Of a DNA stretch of 24,000 nt, positions 7,749-16,112 are shown piece after piece. The stretch comes from Alphaproteobacteria bacterium (lineage in GTDB: Bacteria; Pseudomonadota; Alphaproteobacteria; GCA-2731375). Positions within the stretch are counted from its first letter, which is position 1; every line of letters begins with the position of its first letter. The DNA lies in NCBI GenBank assembly GCA_030747035.1, contig JASLLM010000006.1, forward strand, positions 8,169 to 32,168. Reading direction: 5' to 3'. The translations under genes were made by a program, and so were the position numbers. The notes under the pieces were generated by a model. It was given only the letters and a program-made list of their open reading frames with translations, ran no database searches and was not told the origin of the DNA.

Positions 7749-9782
7749 TCAGGCTTCCTGGGCCGCCAGCTTTTCCTTGGCCATCTCCGCCACCGCTTCC
7801 GCCGTGATGCCGAAATGTTTGTACAACTCCTTGGCGGGTGCCGAGGCGCCAAAGCCCGTCATGCCGACAAAGCCGCCGTTCTCGCCCAGATAACGGTCCC
7901 AGCCCATGGCGATGGCCGCCTCGATCCCGATGCGCACTGTGCCTGGACCCAGAGTCTCCTGGCGGTAGGCTTCATCCTGTTCCTCGAACAATTCCCAGCA
8001 CGGCATGGATACGACCCGCGTCGCGATGCCCGCGCTTTGCAGATTGTTGCGTGCGGCGACGGCAATGGATACCTCCGAACCCGTGGCCAAAAGGGTCACC
8101 GCGGCCTCGCCGTCGGCGGGGACCAGTTCATAGGCGCCGCGGGCACAGGCATTGTCCTCCTGGTATTCCAGGCGCACCGCCGGCAGCCCCTGACGGCTCA
8201 AGATCAAGGCCGAGGGGCTTTCTTTCGCCGCCAAGGCCATCTCCCAACATTCCGCCGTCTCCATGGCATCGGCGGGGCGGAAGACATACAGGTTCGGCAT
8301 CGCCCGCAACGCCGCCATATGCTCCACCGGCTGATGGGTCGGCCCATCCTCGCCCAGCCCGATGGAATCGTGGGTCAGCACATAAACCGCCCGGCAGCCC
8401 ATCAGGGCCGAAAGGCGCATCGCGCCGCGGCAATAGTCGGAAAACACCATGAAAGTGCCGCCATAGGGAATGACACCGCCATGCAGGGCCAAGCCGTTCA
8501 TGACCGCCGCCATGGCATGCTCGCGCACGCCATAATTAATATAGCGGCCTGAAAAATCATCGGCGGCGATGAAGCCCAGATCCGCCGTCAAGGTGTTGTT
8601 GGAACCGGTCAGATCGGCCGAGCCGCCGACCATTTCCGGCACCTCCGCGTTGATCACTTCCAGGGCCTTGCCGGAGGCCGCGCGGGTCGCCAGTTGCGGC
8701 TTTTCATCGGCCAACTGACGGCGGTAGTCCGCCATGGCATCAATGATGCTGGCCGGAAGATCGCCGGCCAGGGCCCGCTCGAAGGCGGCGCGGTCGTCCT
8801 GCTCCAGCGCTTCAAGGCGTTCTTCCCAGGCAGCCGACGGGGCGCTGCCCCGCGCGCCCACCGCGCGCCAGGCGGCGGCAACATTATCCGGCACTTCAAA
8901 GGGCTGGTGCGGCCAGCCCAGCGCCTTCCGCGCGCCGGCGATTTCCTCGTCACCCAGCGGCGCGCCGTGGGCGCCCGAAGTGCCCGCCTTGCTCGGCGCA
9001 CCGTGGCCGATCTCTGTTCGGGCCGCGATCAGGGAGGGCCGGTCGCTGTCCCGGGCTGCGGCGATGGCGGCTTCCAGCGCCGCCGGGTCATGGCCATCGA
9101 CCCGCGCCACATCCCAACCGTAAGCCTCGAAACGGGCGCATTGATCGTCGCTGACACTCAGCGAGGTGGCGCCGTCAATGGTGATTTCATTGTCATCGAA
9201 CAGCACGATCAGCTTGCCCAGGCGCAGATGCCCGGCCAGGGAGGCCGCTTCGTGGCTGATGCCCTCCATCAGGCAGCCGTCGCCCGCCAGAACGTAGGTA
9301 TGGTGATCCACCAAATCGCCGCCAAAACGGCTGGACAGCATGCGCTCGGCCAAGGCCATGCCGACGGCGGTGGCCAGGCCCTGGCCCAGGGGGCCGGTGG
9401 TGGTCTCGATGCCGGCGGCCACGCCGAACTCCGGATGGCCGGCGGTGCGGCTGTCAAGCTGGCGGAAATTTCGCAGCTGGCCCATGTCCATGTCTTCATA
9501 GCCGGTCAGGTGCAGCAGGCTATAGAGCAGCATGGAGCCATGCCCCGCCGAGAGCACAAAGCGGTCCCGGTCGGGCCAATGGGGCTTGGCGGGATCAAAC
9601 TTCAGGAAGCGGGAATACAGCACGGTGGCCATGTCGGCGGCCCCCATGGGCATGCCCGGATGACCGGAATTTGCCGCTTGCACGGCATCGGCCGCCAGAA
9701 AGCGGATGGCGTTCGCCATTTCGCCATGCCCGGCAGCCTCGGTCGTTACCTCGCTATCGGTCGGGGTATCGGTCGGTGTCAT
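7749..9782 (-). CDS. tkt: Transketolase (677 aa)
   Basis: ORF track. The segments [38 protein letters not shown], the TPP-binding [13 protein letters not shown], and [19 protein letters not shown] support the call. The start is somewhat uncertain: no SD precedes 9782, and an alternative Met lies at 9719. Confidence 0.93.
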   Translation of the reverse strand: MTPTDTPTDSEVTTEAAGHGEMANAIRFLAADAVQAANSGHPGMPMGAADMATVLYSRFLKFDPAKPHWPDRDRFVLSAGHGSMLLYSLLHLTGYEDMDMGQLRNFRQLDSRTAGHPEFGVAAGIETTTGPLGQGLATAVGMALAERMLSSRFGGDLVDHHTYVLAGDGCLMEGISHEAASLAGHLRLGKLIVLFDDNEITIDGATSLSVSDDQCARFEAYGWDVARVDGHDPAALEAAIAAARDSDRPSLIAARTEIGHGAPSKAGTSGAHGAPLGDEEIAGARKALGWPHQPFEVPDNVAAAWRAVGARGSAPSAAWEERLEALEQDDRAAFERALAGDLPASIIDAMADYRRQLADEKPQLATRAASGKALEVINAEVPEMVGGSADLTGSNNTLTADLGFIAADDFSGRYINYGVREHAMAAVMNGLALHGGVIPYGGTFMVFSDYCRGAMRLSALMGCRAVYVLTHDSIGLGEDGPTHQPVEHMAALRAMPNLYVFRPADAMETAECWEMALAAKESPSALILSRQGLPAVRLEYQEDNACARGAYELVPADGEAAVTLLATGSEVSIAVAARNNLQSAGIATRVVSMPCWELFEEQDEAYRQETLGPGTVRIGIEAAIAMGWDRYLGENGGFVGMTGFGASAPAKELYKHFGITAEAVAEMAKEKLAAQEA

Positions 9783-10109
9783 GTGGTATCTCGAGATTGC
9801 GGCTGCATCCGATCAACAACAGCGCCTTCTGACATCTGAAAACCTCGACATCTGATAACCGCGTCTGATAGCCGGATAAACAAGCCTGGTGGACGGGCAA
9901 GCCGGGACGAATTCCGCTGGTCCCCGCGTCGGCGGCCAACATAGCCTTTCACCTTGCAAGGTCAACCGTGAATAGCCCGGGAAACACATGCAATTTTAAC
10001 TCTTCTGTGGCATCAGGTTCACGGGCAGGTTGACGCCACCGCAAGGGCGGCTTTAACCTGTAACGGAAGGATTTGCCGCAAGCCTTTTGTAAACAAGACG
10101 GAATCGACG

Positions 10110-10418
10110 ATGGCCGATGATGCTGGCGCGAAAGTAAGACTGGAAGCAGCCGTCCAACGGTTGGAATCGGCCCTGAGCCGCGTTGTCGAGCGCGGCGCTA
10201 TCGGGGCCGGGGATGAGGCTGGGGATATCGCCGGTTTGCGGCAGGAATTGAACGGCCTCGATTCGGAACTGACCGCGGTTCGTTCGGAACGCGACCGCCT
10301 GACCCAGGAATTGGCCGAGGCAAGGGCCGAGGGCGCCGCTCTGCAAGGCGCCATGGATGCCACCTCCGCCCGCCTGGACACGGCCATCGACGCCGTACAC
10401 GCTTTGTTGGACGAATAG
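10110..10418 (+). CDS. Small coiled-coil protein encoded immediately upstream of zapA (ZauP/DUF4164-like, 102 aa)
   Basis: ORF track. The sequence is almost entirely heptad-like and helical: RLEAAVQRLESALSRVVE...LRQELNGLDSELTAVRSERDRLTQELAEARAEGAALQGAMD. Its stop at 10416-10418 lies 1 nt before the zapA ATG. Confidence 0.7.
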   Translation: MADDAGAKVRLEAAVQRLESALSRVVERGAIGAGDEAGDIAGLRQELNGLDSELTAVRSERDRLTQELAEARAEGAALQGAMDATSARLDTAIDAVHALLDE

Positions 10419-10419
10419 A

Positions 10420-10740
10420 ATGGCACAGGTCAACATTCAGATTAATGGCCGCGACTACCCGATTGCCTGCGAAGACGGCGAAGAAAAGCACCTGACCTTT
10501 TTAGCCGAATACATCAACCGCCAGGTGGACGGGCTGGTGGAAAGCATCGGCCAGGTCGGCGAGGCGCGGCTGCTGCTCATGGCCTCGCTTCTGGTCGCCG
10601 ACGAGTTGTCAGAAGTCAGCCAGGAACTGGACGCCCTGCGCGAGGGCGGTGGTGACGGCGGCGAGGCGGCGGATGATCAGGACCTGGCAAAGTTGACGGA
10701 TCGCATCGAAGACATTGCCGCGCGCCTGGAGAGTGCTTAA
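10420..10740 (+). CDS. zapA: Cell division protein ZapA (106 aa)
   Basis: ORF track 10357..10740. I start at the ATG at 10420 (MAQVNIQINGRDYPIACEDGEEKHLTFLAEYINRQVDGL...GEARLLLMASLLVADEL), which is the standard ZapA N-terminal beta-strand and helix pattern. Confidence 0.88.
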   Translation: MAQVNIQINGRDYPIACEDGEEKHLTFLAEYINRQVDGLVESIGQVGEARLLLMASLLVADELSEVSQELDALREGGGDGGEAADDQDLAKLTDRIEDIAARLESA

Positions 10741-10743
10741 ATA

Positions 10744-10919
10744 GGGGCTTCGGGCGGGTTCTGCCGGGTTCGCGAAAAACGGTTCCCTGGGCCAATACCG
10801 TTAGTAAGGGAGCTGCCTCTGTTGGGATCGTGGTCCCTTCATTGCGGCGCCCACCTGCGTGAGCAGGCCACAGCGGAGCAAGGTATTTCGACGGCTTGGC
10901 GGTCCCGTCCGTCCTTTTT
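10744..10919 (+). ncRNA. ssrS: Candidate 6S RNA (outer bounds; the mature RNA is probably about 10749-10914)
   Basis: A 229-nt non-coding gap lies between zapA and the 5-formyl-THF cyclo-ligase gene, which is the classical proteobacterial ssrS position. By hand, 10752-10772 (GGGCGGGTTCTGCCGGGTTCG) pairs with 10889-10910 (CGACGGCTTGGCGGTCCCGTCC). That gives about 18 Watson-Crick/GU pairs with one mismatch and one bulge, a long closing helix. A T5 run at 10915-10919 follows it. A possible TTGCCG-N16-TTAAAT promoter lies at 10715-10742. I could not verify the central bubble or the apical helix by hand. Confidence 0.55.
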
Positions 10920-10962
10920 GGTGGATCGTGGCGGCCAGATCACGGCGGCCAGATCACGGCGG
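10920..10962. repeat. Tandem 14-bp direct repeat GGCGGCCAGATCAC x2 plus partial copies, each carrying GATC
   Basis: The exact copies are at 10930-10943 and 10944-10957, followed by GGCGG at 10958-10962. A degenerate copy GGTGGATCGT precedes them at 10920-10929. The repeat ends 8 nt before the cyclo-ligase ATG. Confidence 0.85.
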
Positions 10963-10969
10963 TAGGTAG

Positions 10970-11566
10970 ATGATCCCAGAAGACAAAACCGCCGCGCGCA
11001 AGCGGGCCCGGGCCGGGCGCGGGGCGGTCCCCGCCGCCGAGCGCGCGGCCGCCGGCGCCAAGGCGGCGCGGCATTTCATGGCCACCATACCGCTTTCGCC
11101 GGGTGCCGTGGTTTCGGCCTATTGGCCTTTGGGGGATGAACTGGACAGCCGTCCCCTGATCCAGGCCCTGCTGGATGCCGGGCAGCGGATCGCCTTGCCG
11201 GTGGTACAAGGGGCGGGCCGGTCCTTGTGTTTTCGCCGTTGGCGCCATGGCGACGCCATGGCAACCAGTTCGTTTGGCGTTTCCGAACCATTGCAAAGCG
11301 CGGCGGAGGTGCGGCCCAAGATCGTGATCGCGCCATTACTGGCCTACAATGGCGAAGGCTATCGCTTGGGCTATGGTGGCGGTTATTATGACCGTACGTT
11401 GCGGGCCCTGCGCCAGGGGGTGCCGGGTTTGTTGGCGGTTGGTTTGGGCTTCGCGGCACAGGAGATGCCGGCGCTGCCCTATGATGGGCATGACGAGCCG
11501 CTGGATTGGCTGGTCAACGAAAATGGCGCGCGTCGGTTTCCGCGCCGAAACCATTCGGTTCCGTAA
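10970..11566 (+). CDS. ygfA: 5-formyltetrahydrofolate cyclo-ligase (198 aa)
   Basis: ORF track. The segments AYWPLGDELD...LLDAG..IALPVV and SFGVSEP...IVIAPLLAYNGEGYRLGYGGGYYDRTL are the MTHFS family motifs. The gene lies downstream of the candidate ssrS, as in E. coli. Confidence 0.88.
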   Translation: MIPEDKTAARKRARAGRGAVPAAERAAAGAKAARHFMATIPLSPGAVVSAYWPLGDELDSRPLIQALLDAGQRIALPVVQGAGRSLCFRRWRHGDAMATSSFGVSEPLQSAAEVRPKIVIAPLLAYNGEGYRLGYGGGYYDRTLRALRQGVPGLLAVGLGFAAQEMPALPYDGHDEPLDWLVNENGARRFPRRNHSVP

Positions 11567-11579
11567 GGGGTAAGACAGA

Positions 11580-12404
11580 GTGAAATTACTATATCTTGGC
11601 GATCTGGTTGGCCGCGCGGGACGCACGGCGGCAATCGAAAGTCTGCCGCGGCTGCGGCGGGAACTGGATCTGGATTTTGTCATCGTCAACGGCGAGAACG
11701 CCGCCAATGGCTTCGGCATCACACCCAAGATCTGCGATCAGGTCTACGGCGCCGGCGCCGATGTGATTGTCCTGGGCAACCACGCCTGGGATGCCCGCGA
11801 GATCATTCCGCACATCGATGGCGAGGCGCGGCTGATCCGCCCGTTGAACCTGCCCGACGGCACGCCGGGACGGGGTGCCAGCGTGTTCGAGGTGCCGGGG
11901 GGACGCCGCATTCTGATCGTCCAGGTCCTGGGCCGAATCTTCATGGATCCCCTGGACGATCCCTTCGCCGCCGCCGCCGAAGCCTTGCGCTCGCAAACCC
12001 TGGGCGGCAGCGTGAATGCGATTTTTGTCGATATGCATGCCGAGGCGACCTCGGAAAAAATGGCCATCGGCCATTACCTCGATGGCCAGGTGAGCTGTGT
12101 TTTCGGCACCCATACCCATGTGCCCACGGCGGATCACCAGATCCTGCCGGGCGGCACCGGCTATATGAGCGACGTGGGAATGTGCGGTGATTACGATTCG
12201 GTCATCGGCATGGAAAAATCGGAGCCGGTCCGCCGCTTCACCCGCAAAATGCCCGGTGCCCGCTTTGCCCCGGCCACGGGCGAGGCGACGGTCTGCGGGG
12301 TCTATCTGGAAATTGATGATAATACGGGCCTGACCACCTATCTGGCGCCGTTACGCCAGGGCGGGCGTCTGGCGCCCGTTTGGCCCTTGCCGGACAGCCG
12401 CTAG
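11580..12404 (+). CDS. ymdB: YmdB-family (TIGR00282-type) metallophosphoesterase (274 aa)
   Basis: ORF track, GTG start at 11580. The segments MKLLYLGDLVGRAGR, VIVNGENAANGFGIT, VLGNHAWD, DMHAEATSEK and GTHTHVPTAD are the calcineurin-like metal-binding motifs in YmdB order. Confidence 0.85.
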   Translation: MKLLYLGDLVGRAGRTAAIESLPRLRRELDLDFVIVNGENAANGFGITPKICDQVYGAGADVIVLGNHAWDAREIIPHIDGEARLIRPLNLPDGTPGRGASVFEVPGGRRILIVQVLGRIFMDPLDDPFAAAAEALRSQTLGGSVNAIFVDMHAEATSEKMAIGHYLDGQVSCVFGTHTHVPTADHQILPGGTGYMSDVGMCGDYDSVIGMEKSEPVRRFTRKMPGARFAPATGEATVCGVYLEIDDNTGLTTYLAPLRQGGRLAPVWPLPDSR

Positions 12405-12456
12405 CCGGCCGCCGCCCATGGCGGCCCGTGTCTAGACCATTTTCGGAATGGCCGAG

Positions 12457-12526
12457 CCACCCGCTCCCCCGTCCCGGCCACCCATTAATGGTACCCTGTG
12501 GGTGGCCGGGACGGGGGAGCGGGTGG
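12457..12526. repeat. 28-bp perfect GC-rich inverted repeat (stem-loop) between convergent genes; probable bidirectional terminator or REP-like element
   Basis: The left arm CCACCCGCTCCCCCGTCCCGGCCACCCA (12457-12484) is the exact reverse complement of the right arm TGGGTGGCCGGGACGGGGGAGCGGGTGG (12499-12526). The loop is 14 nt, ttaatggtaccctg. No T-run follows on either side. The structure is certain; the function is inferred. Confidence 0.6.
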
Positions 12527-12548
12527 GTAGTTCAAACTCGAATAAGGT

Positions 12549-12818
12549 CTAGCTTTCGCTGACCTGGTCGGCCAGGTCCTCGGTCAGGTCATCGCAGCGT
12601 TCGGCCACATATTGCAGCCGCCGCGCGGCGGCGGAAACCTTGCTTGGCGACTCGACGATCGACAAGGCGACATCCAGGGCGAAGATGCCGGCCTGGGTGG
12701 TGGCCGCCGCCTGTTCCTGCCGGCTGGTGCCCTGGGGCAGTGCCAGACGGTCCAGTGATTCGGAATTCGACACGGTAAAGACTCCCTTCCCTCCGCTCCG
12801 AGAATTGCGTTTCGCCAT
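12549..12818 (-). CDS. Hypothetical small protein (89 aa)
   Basis: ORF track. I read the codons by hand, and about three quarters end in G or C, as in the real genes of this window. The product MAKRNSRSGGKGVFTVSNSESLDRLALPQG...IFALDVALSIVESPSKVSAAARRLQYVAERCDDLTEDLADQVSES looks helical with an acidic tail. No family recognised and the SD is weak. Confidence 0.5.
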   Translation of the reverse strand: MAKRNSRSGGKGVFTVSNSESLDRLALPQGTSRQEQAAATTQAGIFALDVALSIVESPSKVSAAARRLQYVAERCDDLTEDLADQVSES

Positions 12819-13099
12819 GCTGCGCCCACACCGTTAACAATGTCTTACGATTTGCTGATTATTAGGGCCCGGCAATGGCTGGCGGCGGCGATCCGTCACG
12901 GCCTCGTTCGTTGCCCCATTGTTGCCATATTGGCGGTTTATGCGTATGTGCTGCGCGCGACCACAATATCTGGTAAATTTTTTGCCGATTCTTACGCCGT
13001 GCGGGATGCTGTTCCCGATGACGCAAGTTGCGGCGATTTGGGGCGGCACGTGACGGATTGGAAGCAGGCGGCGCGCGCATTTAAGGTGATACGAGGACC

Positions 13100-13849
13100 A
13101 TGGCAGGCCATTCACAATTCAAGAACATCATGTACCGCAAGGGCGCCCAGGACGCCAAGCGGTCGAAAGTTTTCACCAAGCTGATCCGCGAAATCACCGT
13201 GGCTGCGCGCAGCGGCCTGCCGGATCCGGAAATGAACCCGCGCCTGCGCTCGGCTATTCAGGCCGCCCGCGCCGCCAATATGCCCAAGGATAACGTGGCC
13301 CGCGCCGTGAAACGCGCCACCCAGTCGGGCGAGGGCGACAACTATGAAGAGATCCGCTACGAAGGCTATGGTCCCGGCGGCGTCTGCCTGATTGTCGAGG
13401 CCCTGACCGACAACCGCAACCGCACCGCCTCGGAAGTGCGCGCCGCGTTTTCCAAGTTTGGCGGCAATCTTGGCGAGACGGGCAGTGTCTCGTATCAGTT
13501 TGACCGGGTCGGCAGCATCGAATACCCGCCCGAAGTGGCCGATTCGGACGCCATGTTCGAGGCCGCGGTCGAGGCCGGCGCCGATGACGTGGAAAGCCAC
13601 GAAGGCGGCCACGATATCATTTGCGCCGCCAACGATCTGCACGATGTCGCCAAGGCGCTGGAGGATCAGTTTGGCGAGCCCAAATCGTCCCGGCTGAACT
13701 GGCGTCCACAGGCCACCGTGCCCATGGACGAACAGGGCGCTTCCACCCTTTTCAAGTTGTTGGAGGCCCTGGATGACAGCGACGATGTGCAGCAGGTCTC
13801 GGCCAACTTCGAAGTTTCCGACGAAATCATGCAAAAACTGAACGGTTAG
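13100..13849 (+). CDS. yebC: YebC/PmpR (TACO1) family protein (249 aa)
   Basis: ORF track. [37 protein letters not shown]...[24 protein letters not shown] is the family's invariant N-terminus. It lies upstream of ruvC, the usual synteny. Confidence 0.95.
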   Translation: MAGHSQFKNIMYRKGAQDAKRSKVFTKLIREITVAARSGLPDPEMNPRLRSAIQAARAANMPKDNVARAVKRATQSGEGDNYEEIRYEGYGPGGVCLIVEALTDNRNRTASEVRAAFSKFGGNLGETGSVSYQFDRVGSIEYPPEVADSDAMFEAAVEAGADDVESHEGGHDIICAANDLHDVAKALEDQFGEPKSSRLNWRPQATVPMDEQGASTLFKLLEALDDSDDVQQVSANFEVSDEIMQKLNG

Positions 13850-13867
13850 TGGGAAGGTCTCTGCGGC

Positions 13868-14398
13868 ATGCGCCTGATTGGTATTGATCCCGGCCTGCAA
13901 CGAACCGGCTGGGGCGTGCTGACCGTCGAGGGCAGCCGCCTGCGCCATGAGGGCCATGGCGTGATCGTCTCCGATGCCAAGCTGCCGTTGCCTGATCGTT
14001 TGCGCCAGCTATATCAGGCCCTGGGCGATGTGTTGACGCAGTGGCAACCGGTGGAGGCGGCGATCGAGGAAACCTTTGTCAACAAGAACCCGACCTCGAC
14101 CCTGAAACTGGGTCAGGCCCGCGGCGTCCTGCTGTTGGCCCCGGCCATGGCCGGCATACCGGTTTCCGAATATACCCCCAACCTGATCAAGAAATCGGTG
14201 GTTGGCACCGGCCATGCGCAAAAGGCCCAGGTCGCCATGATGGTGAGCACCCTGCTGCCGGCGGCGGGGGCGGTGACGGATGATGCCGCCGATGCCCTGG
14301 CGGTGGCGATTTGTCATGCCCATCTGCGCCGCAACCAGCAAATCATCGCCCAGGCCGCCGGGAACCATGGCCAGGCGCGCAAGAGGGCCGGCGCATGA
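13868..14398 (+). CDS. ruvC: Crossover junction endodeoxyribonuclease RuvC (176 aa)
   Basis: ORF track. The segments MRLIGIDPGLQRTGWGV, AIEETFVNKNPTSTLKLGQARG and DAADALAVAICHAH carry the catalytic acidic residues in RuvC order. Confidence 0.95.
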   Translation: MRLIGIDPGLQRTGWGVLTVEGSRLRHEGHGVIVSDAKLPLPDRLRQLYQALGDVLTQWQPVEAAIEETFVNKNPTSTLKLGQARGVLLLAPAMAGIPVSEYTPNLIKKSVVGTGHAQKAQVAMMVSTLLPAAGAVTDDAADALAVAICHAHLRRNQQIIAQAAGNHGQARKRAGA

Positions 14399-15018
14399 TC
14401 GCGAAATTGACCGGCCGGCTGGAGGAAAGTGGCGATGGCAGCTGCGTCATCGATGTGGGCGGCGTCGGCTATCTGGTGTTTTGCTCCGGCCGCACCCTGG
14501 CCAGCCTGGACGGCAATGCCGGTCCGGCGGGCGGCGCGGTATCGCTGTTGATCGAAACCCATGTGCGTGAAGATCATATCCATCTGTACGGTTTCGCCGA
14601 AGCGGCCGAGCGGGATTGGTTCAAGTTGCTGTTGAACGTTCAGGGCGTCGGCGCCAAGGTTGCCCTGGGCATCCTTTCCACCCTGGCGCCGGGCGAATTG
14701 ATCCAGGCCGTGCTGGCCCAGGACAAGGCCATGATCACGCGGGCTCCCGGCGTGGGTCCGAAAGTGGGCAACCGCATCGTCACGGAATTGAAGGACAAGG
14801 TGGGTAACCTGGCCCTTGGCCCCGGTGCGGTAGGTACCGAGGCCGCAGCGGGCAATGTGGCGCAGGGGCCGGCGGCGGACGCCATTTCCGCCCTGGTCAA
14901 TTTGGGCTACCGGCCCGCGGAAGCCCACCGCGCCGTGCAGGCGGCGGCGGGGAGCCTGGGCGAGGCGGCGGAATTGCAGGCGCTGATCCGCGATAGTCTG
15001 AGGCAGCTGGCGTCATGA
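14395..15018 (+). CDS. ruvA: Holliday junction DNA helicase subunit RuvA (207 aa)
   Basis: ORF track 14311..15018. The ATG at 14395 overlaps the ruvC stop as ATGA. The segments [11 protein letters not shown]...[28 protein letters not shown] and [20 protein letters not shown] are the HhH motifs. Confidence 0.93.
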   Translation: MIAKLTGRLEESGDGSCVIDVGGVGYLVFCSGRTLASLDGNAGPAGGAVSLLIETHVREDHIHLYGFAEAAERDWFKLLLNVQGVGAKVALGILSTLAPGELIQAVLAQDKAMITRAPGVGPKVGNRIVTELKDKVGNLALGPGAVGTEAAAGNVAQGPAADAISALVNLGYRPAEAHRAVQAAAGSLGEAAELQALIRDSLRQLAS

Positions 15019-16112
15019 GCGGGATCATCAGTGGGGATACACCGGACCGCCTGATCACCGGTCAGGCCGCCGGCGACGACAATGCCGATGCCGGCCTGCG
15101 CCCCCAGGGCCTGGCCGAATTCGTCGGCCAGCGGGCGGAAAAGGACAATCTGCGCATTTATATAGAGGCCGCCCGCCAGCGCGGCGAAGCTCTGGATCAT
15201 GTCTTGTTCCATGGCCCGCCGGGACTGGGCAAGACCACGCTGGCGCAGATCGTGGCGCGGGAACTGGGCGTCTCGTTCCGTGCCACCTCCGGCCCGGTGA
15301 TTGCCAAGGCCGGTGACCTGGCCGCCATTCTGACCCACCTGGAAGAGCGCGATGTCTTGTTCATCGATGAAATTCACCGGCTGAGCCCGGTGGTCGAGGA
15401 AGTGCTGTACCCGGCGATGGAAGATTTCCAGTTGGATCTGGTGATCGGCGAGGGCCCGGCGGCGCGCACCGTGCGCATAGACCTGCCCCCCTTTACCCTG
15501 GTCGGCGCGACGACCCGCTCCGGCCTGATCACCACGCCACTGCGGGAGCGTTTCGGCATCCCGATCCGGTTGCGCTTTTACGAGGTGGTGGAGCTGGAAC
15601 AGATTGTCACCCGCGCCGCCGGCCTTTTGGCCCTGGATCTGACCGAGGACGGGGCCCTAGAAATCGCCAAGCGCTCGCGCGGCACGCCACGGGTGGCGGT
15701 GCGCCTGTTGCGCCGGGTGCGGGACTTCGCCACCGTTGCCGGGGCCGAACAGATTGACGCCGTCAAGGCGGATGCAGCCCTGAACCGTTTGGAAGTGGAC
15801 CAGCGCGGCCTGGATGCCATGGACCGCCGCTATCTAGATTGCATCGCGCGGGATTTCGAGGGCGGGCCGGTGGGCGTGGAAACCATCGCCGCCTCCCTAT
15901 CGGAGCAGCGGGACGCGATCGAAGACATTATCGAGCCCTATTTGATCCAGCAGGCCCTGTTGCAGCGTACGCCCCGGGGCCGGGTCCTGACCCGGCAGGG
16001 CTACGAGCATCTTGGCCTGAACCCACCGAAGACAAAACAGGCGCAGATCGAACTGCTGCCCCTTGAAGAGGACGGTGGCGAGGAAGATGCGGCGGAGGCC
16101 CGTGATGCCTGA
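15015..16112 (+). CDS. ruvB: Holliday junction DNA helicase RuvB (365 aa) with an acidic C-terminal extension
   Basis: ORF track. The start overlaps the ruvA stop as ATGA. It has Walker [12 protein letters not shown], Walker [11 protein letters not shown], and [16 protein letters not shown]. The tail [30 protein letters not shown] extends beyond the usual RuvB end. Confidence 0.96.
   Translation: MSGIISGDTPDRLITGQAAGDDNADAGLRPQGLAEFVGQRAEKDNLRIYIEAARQRGEALDHVLFHGPPGLGKTTLAQIVARELGVSFRATSGPVIAKAGDLAAILTHLEERDVLFIDEIHRLSPVVEEVLYPAMEDFQLDLVIGEGPAARTVRIDLPPFTLVGATTRSGLITTPLRERFGIPIRLRFYEVVELEQIVTRAAGLLALDLTEDGALEIAKRSRGTPRVAVRLLRRVRDFATVAGAEQIDAVKADAALNRLEVDQRGLDAMDRRYLDCIARDFEGGPVGVETIAASLSEQRDAIEDIIEPYLIQQALLQRTPRGRVLTRQGYEHLGLNPPKTKQAQIELLPLEEDGGEEDAAEARDA

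Noticed and set aside
12519-12545. A tRNA T-arm-like string GGGTAGTTCAAACTCGAAT lies next to the big hairpin.
   Set aside because: No acceptor stem, D-arm or anticodon-arm partners are present. The G-rich part belongs to the 28-bp inverted repeat.
12840-13184. A 114-aa plus-strand ORF lies in the spacer upstream of yebC and overlaps the yebC start by 85 nt.
   Set aside because: It has no SD and its third-position G/C is visibly lower than in real genes here. It starts only 21 nt from the divergent 89-aa ORF, and its tail is an out-of-frame read of yebC. A shorter real peptide cannot be fully excluded.
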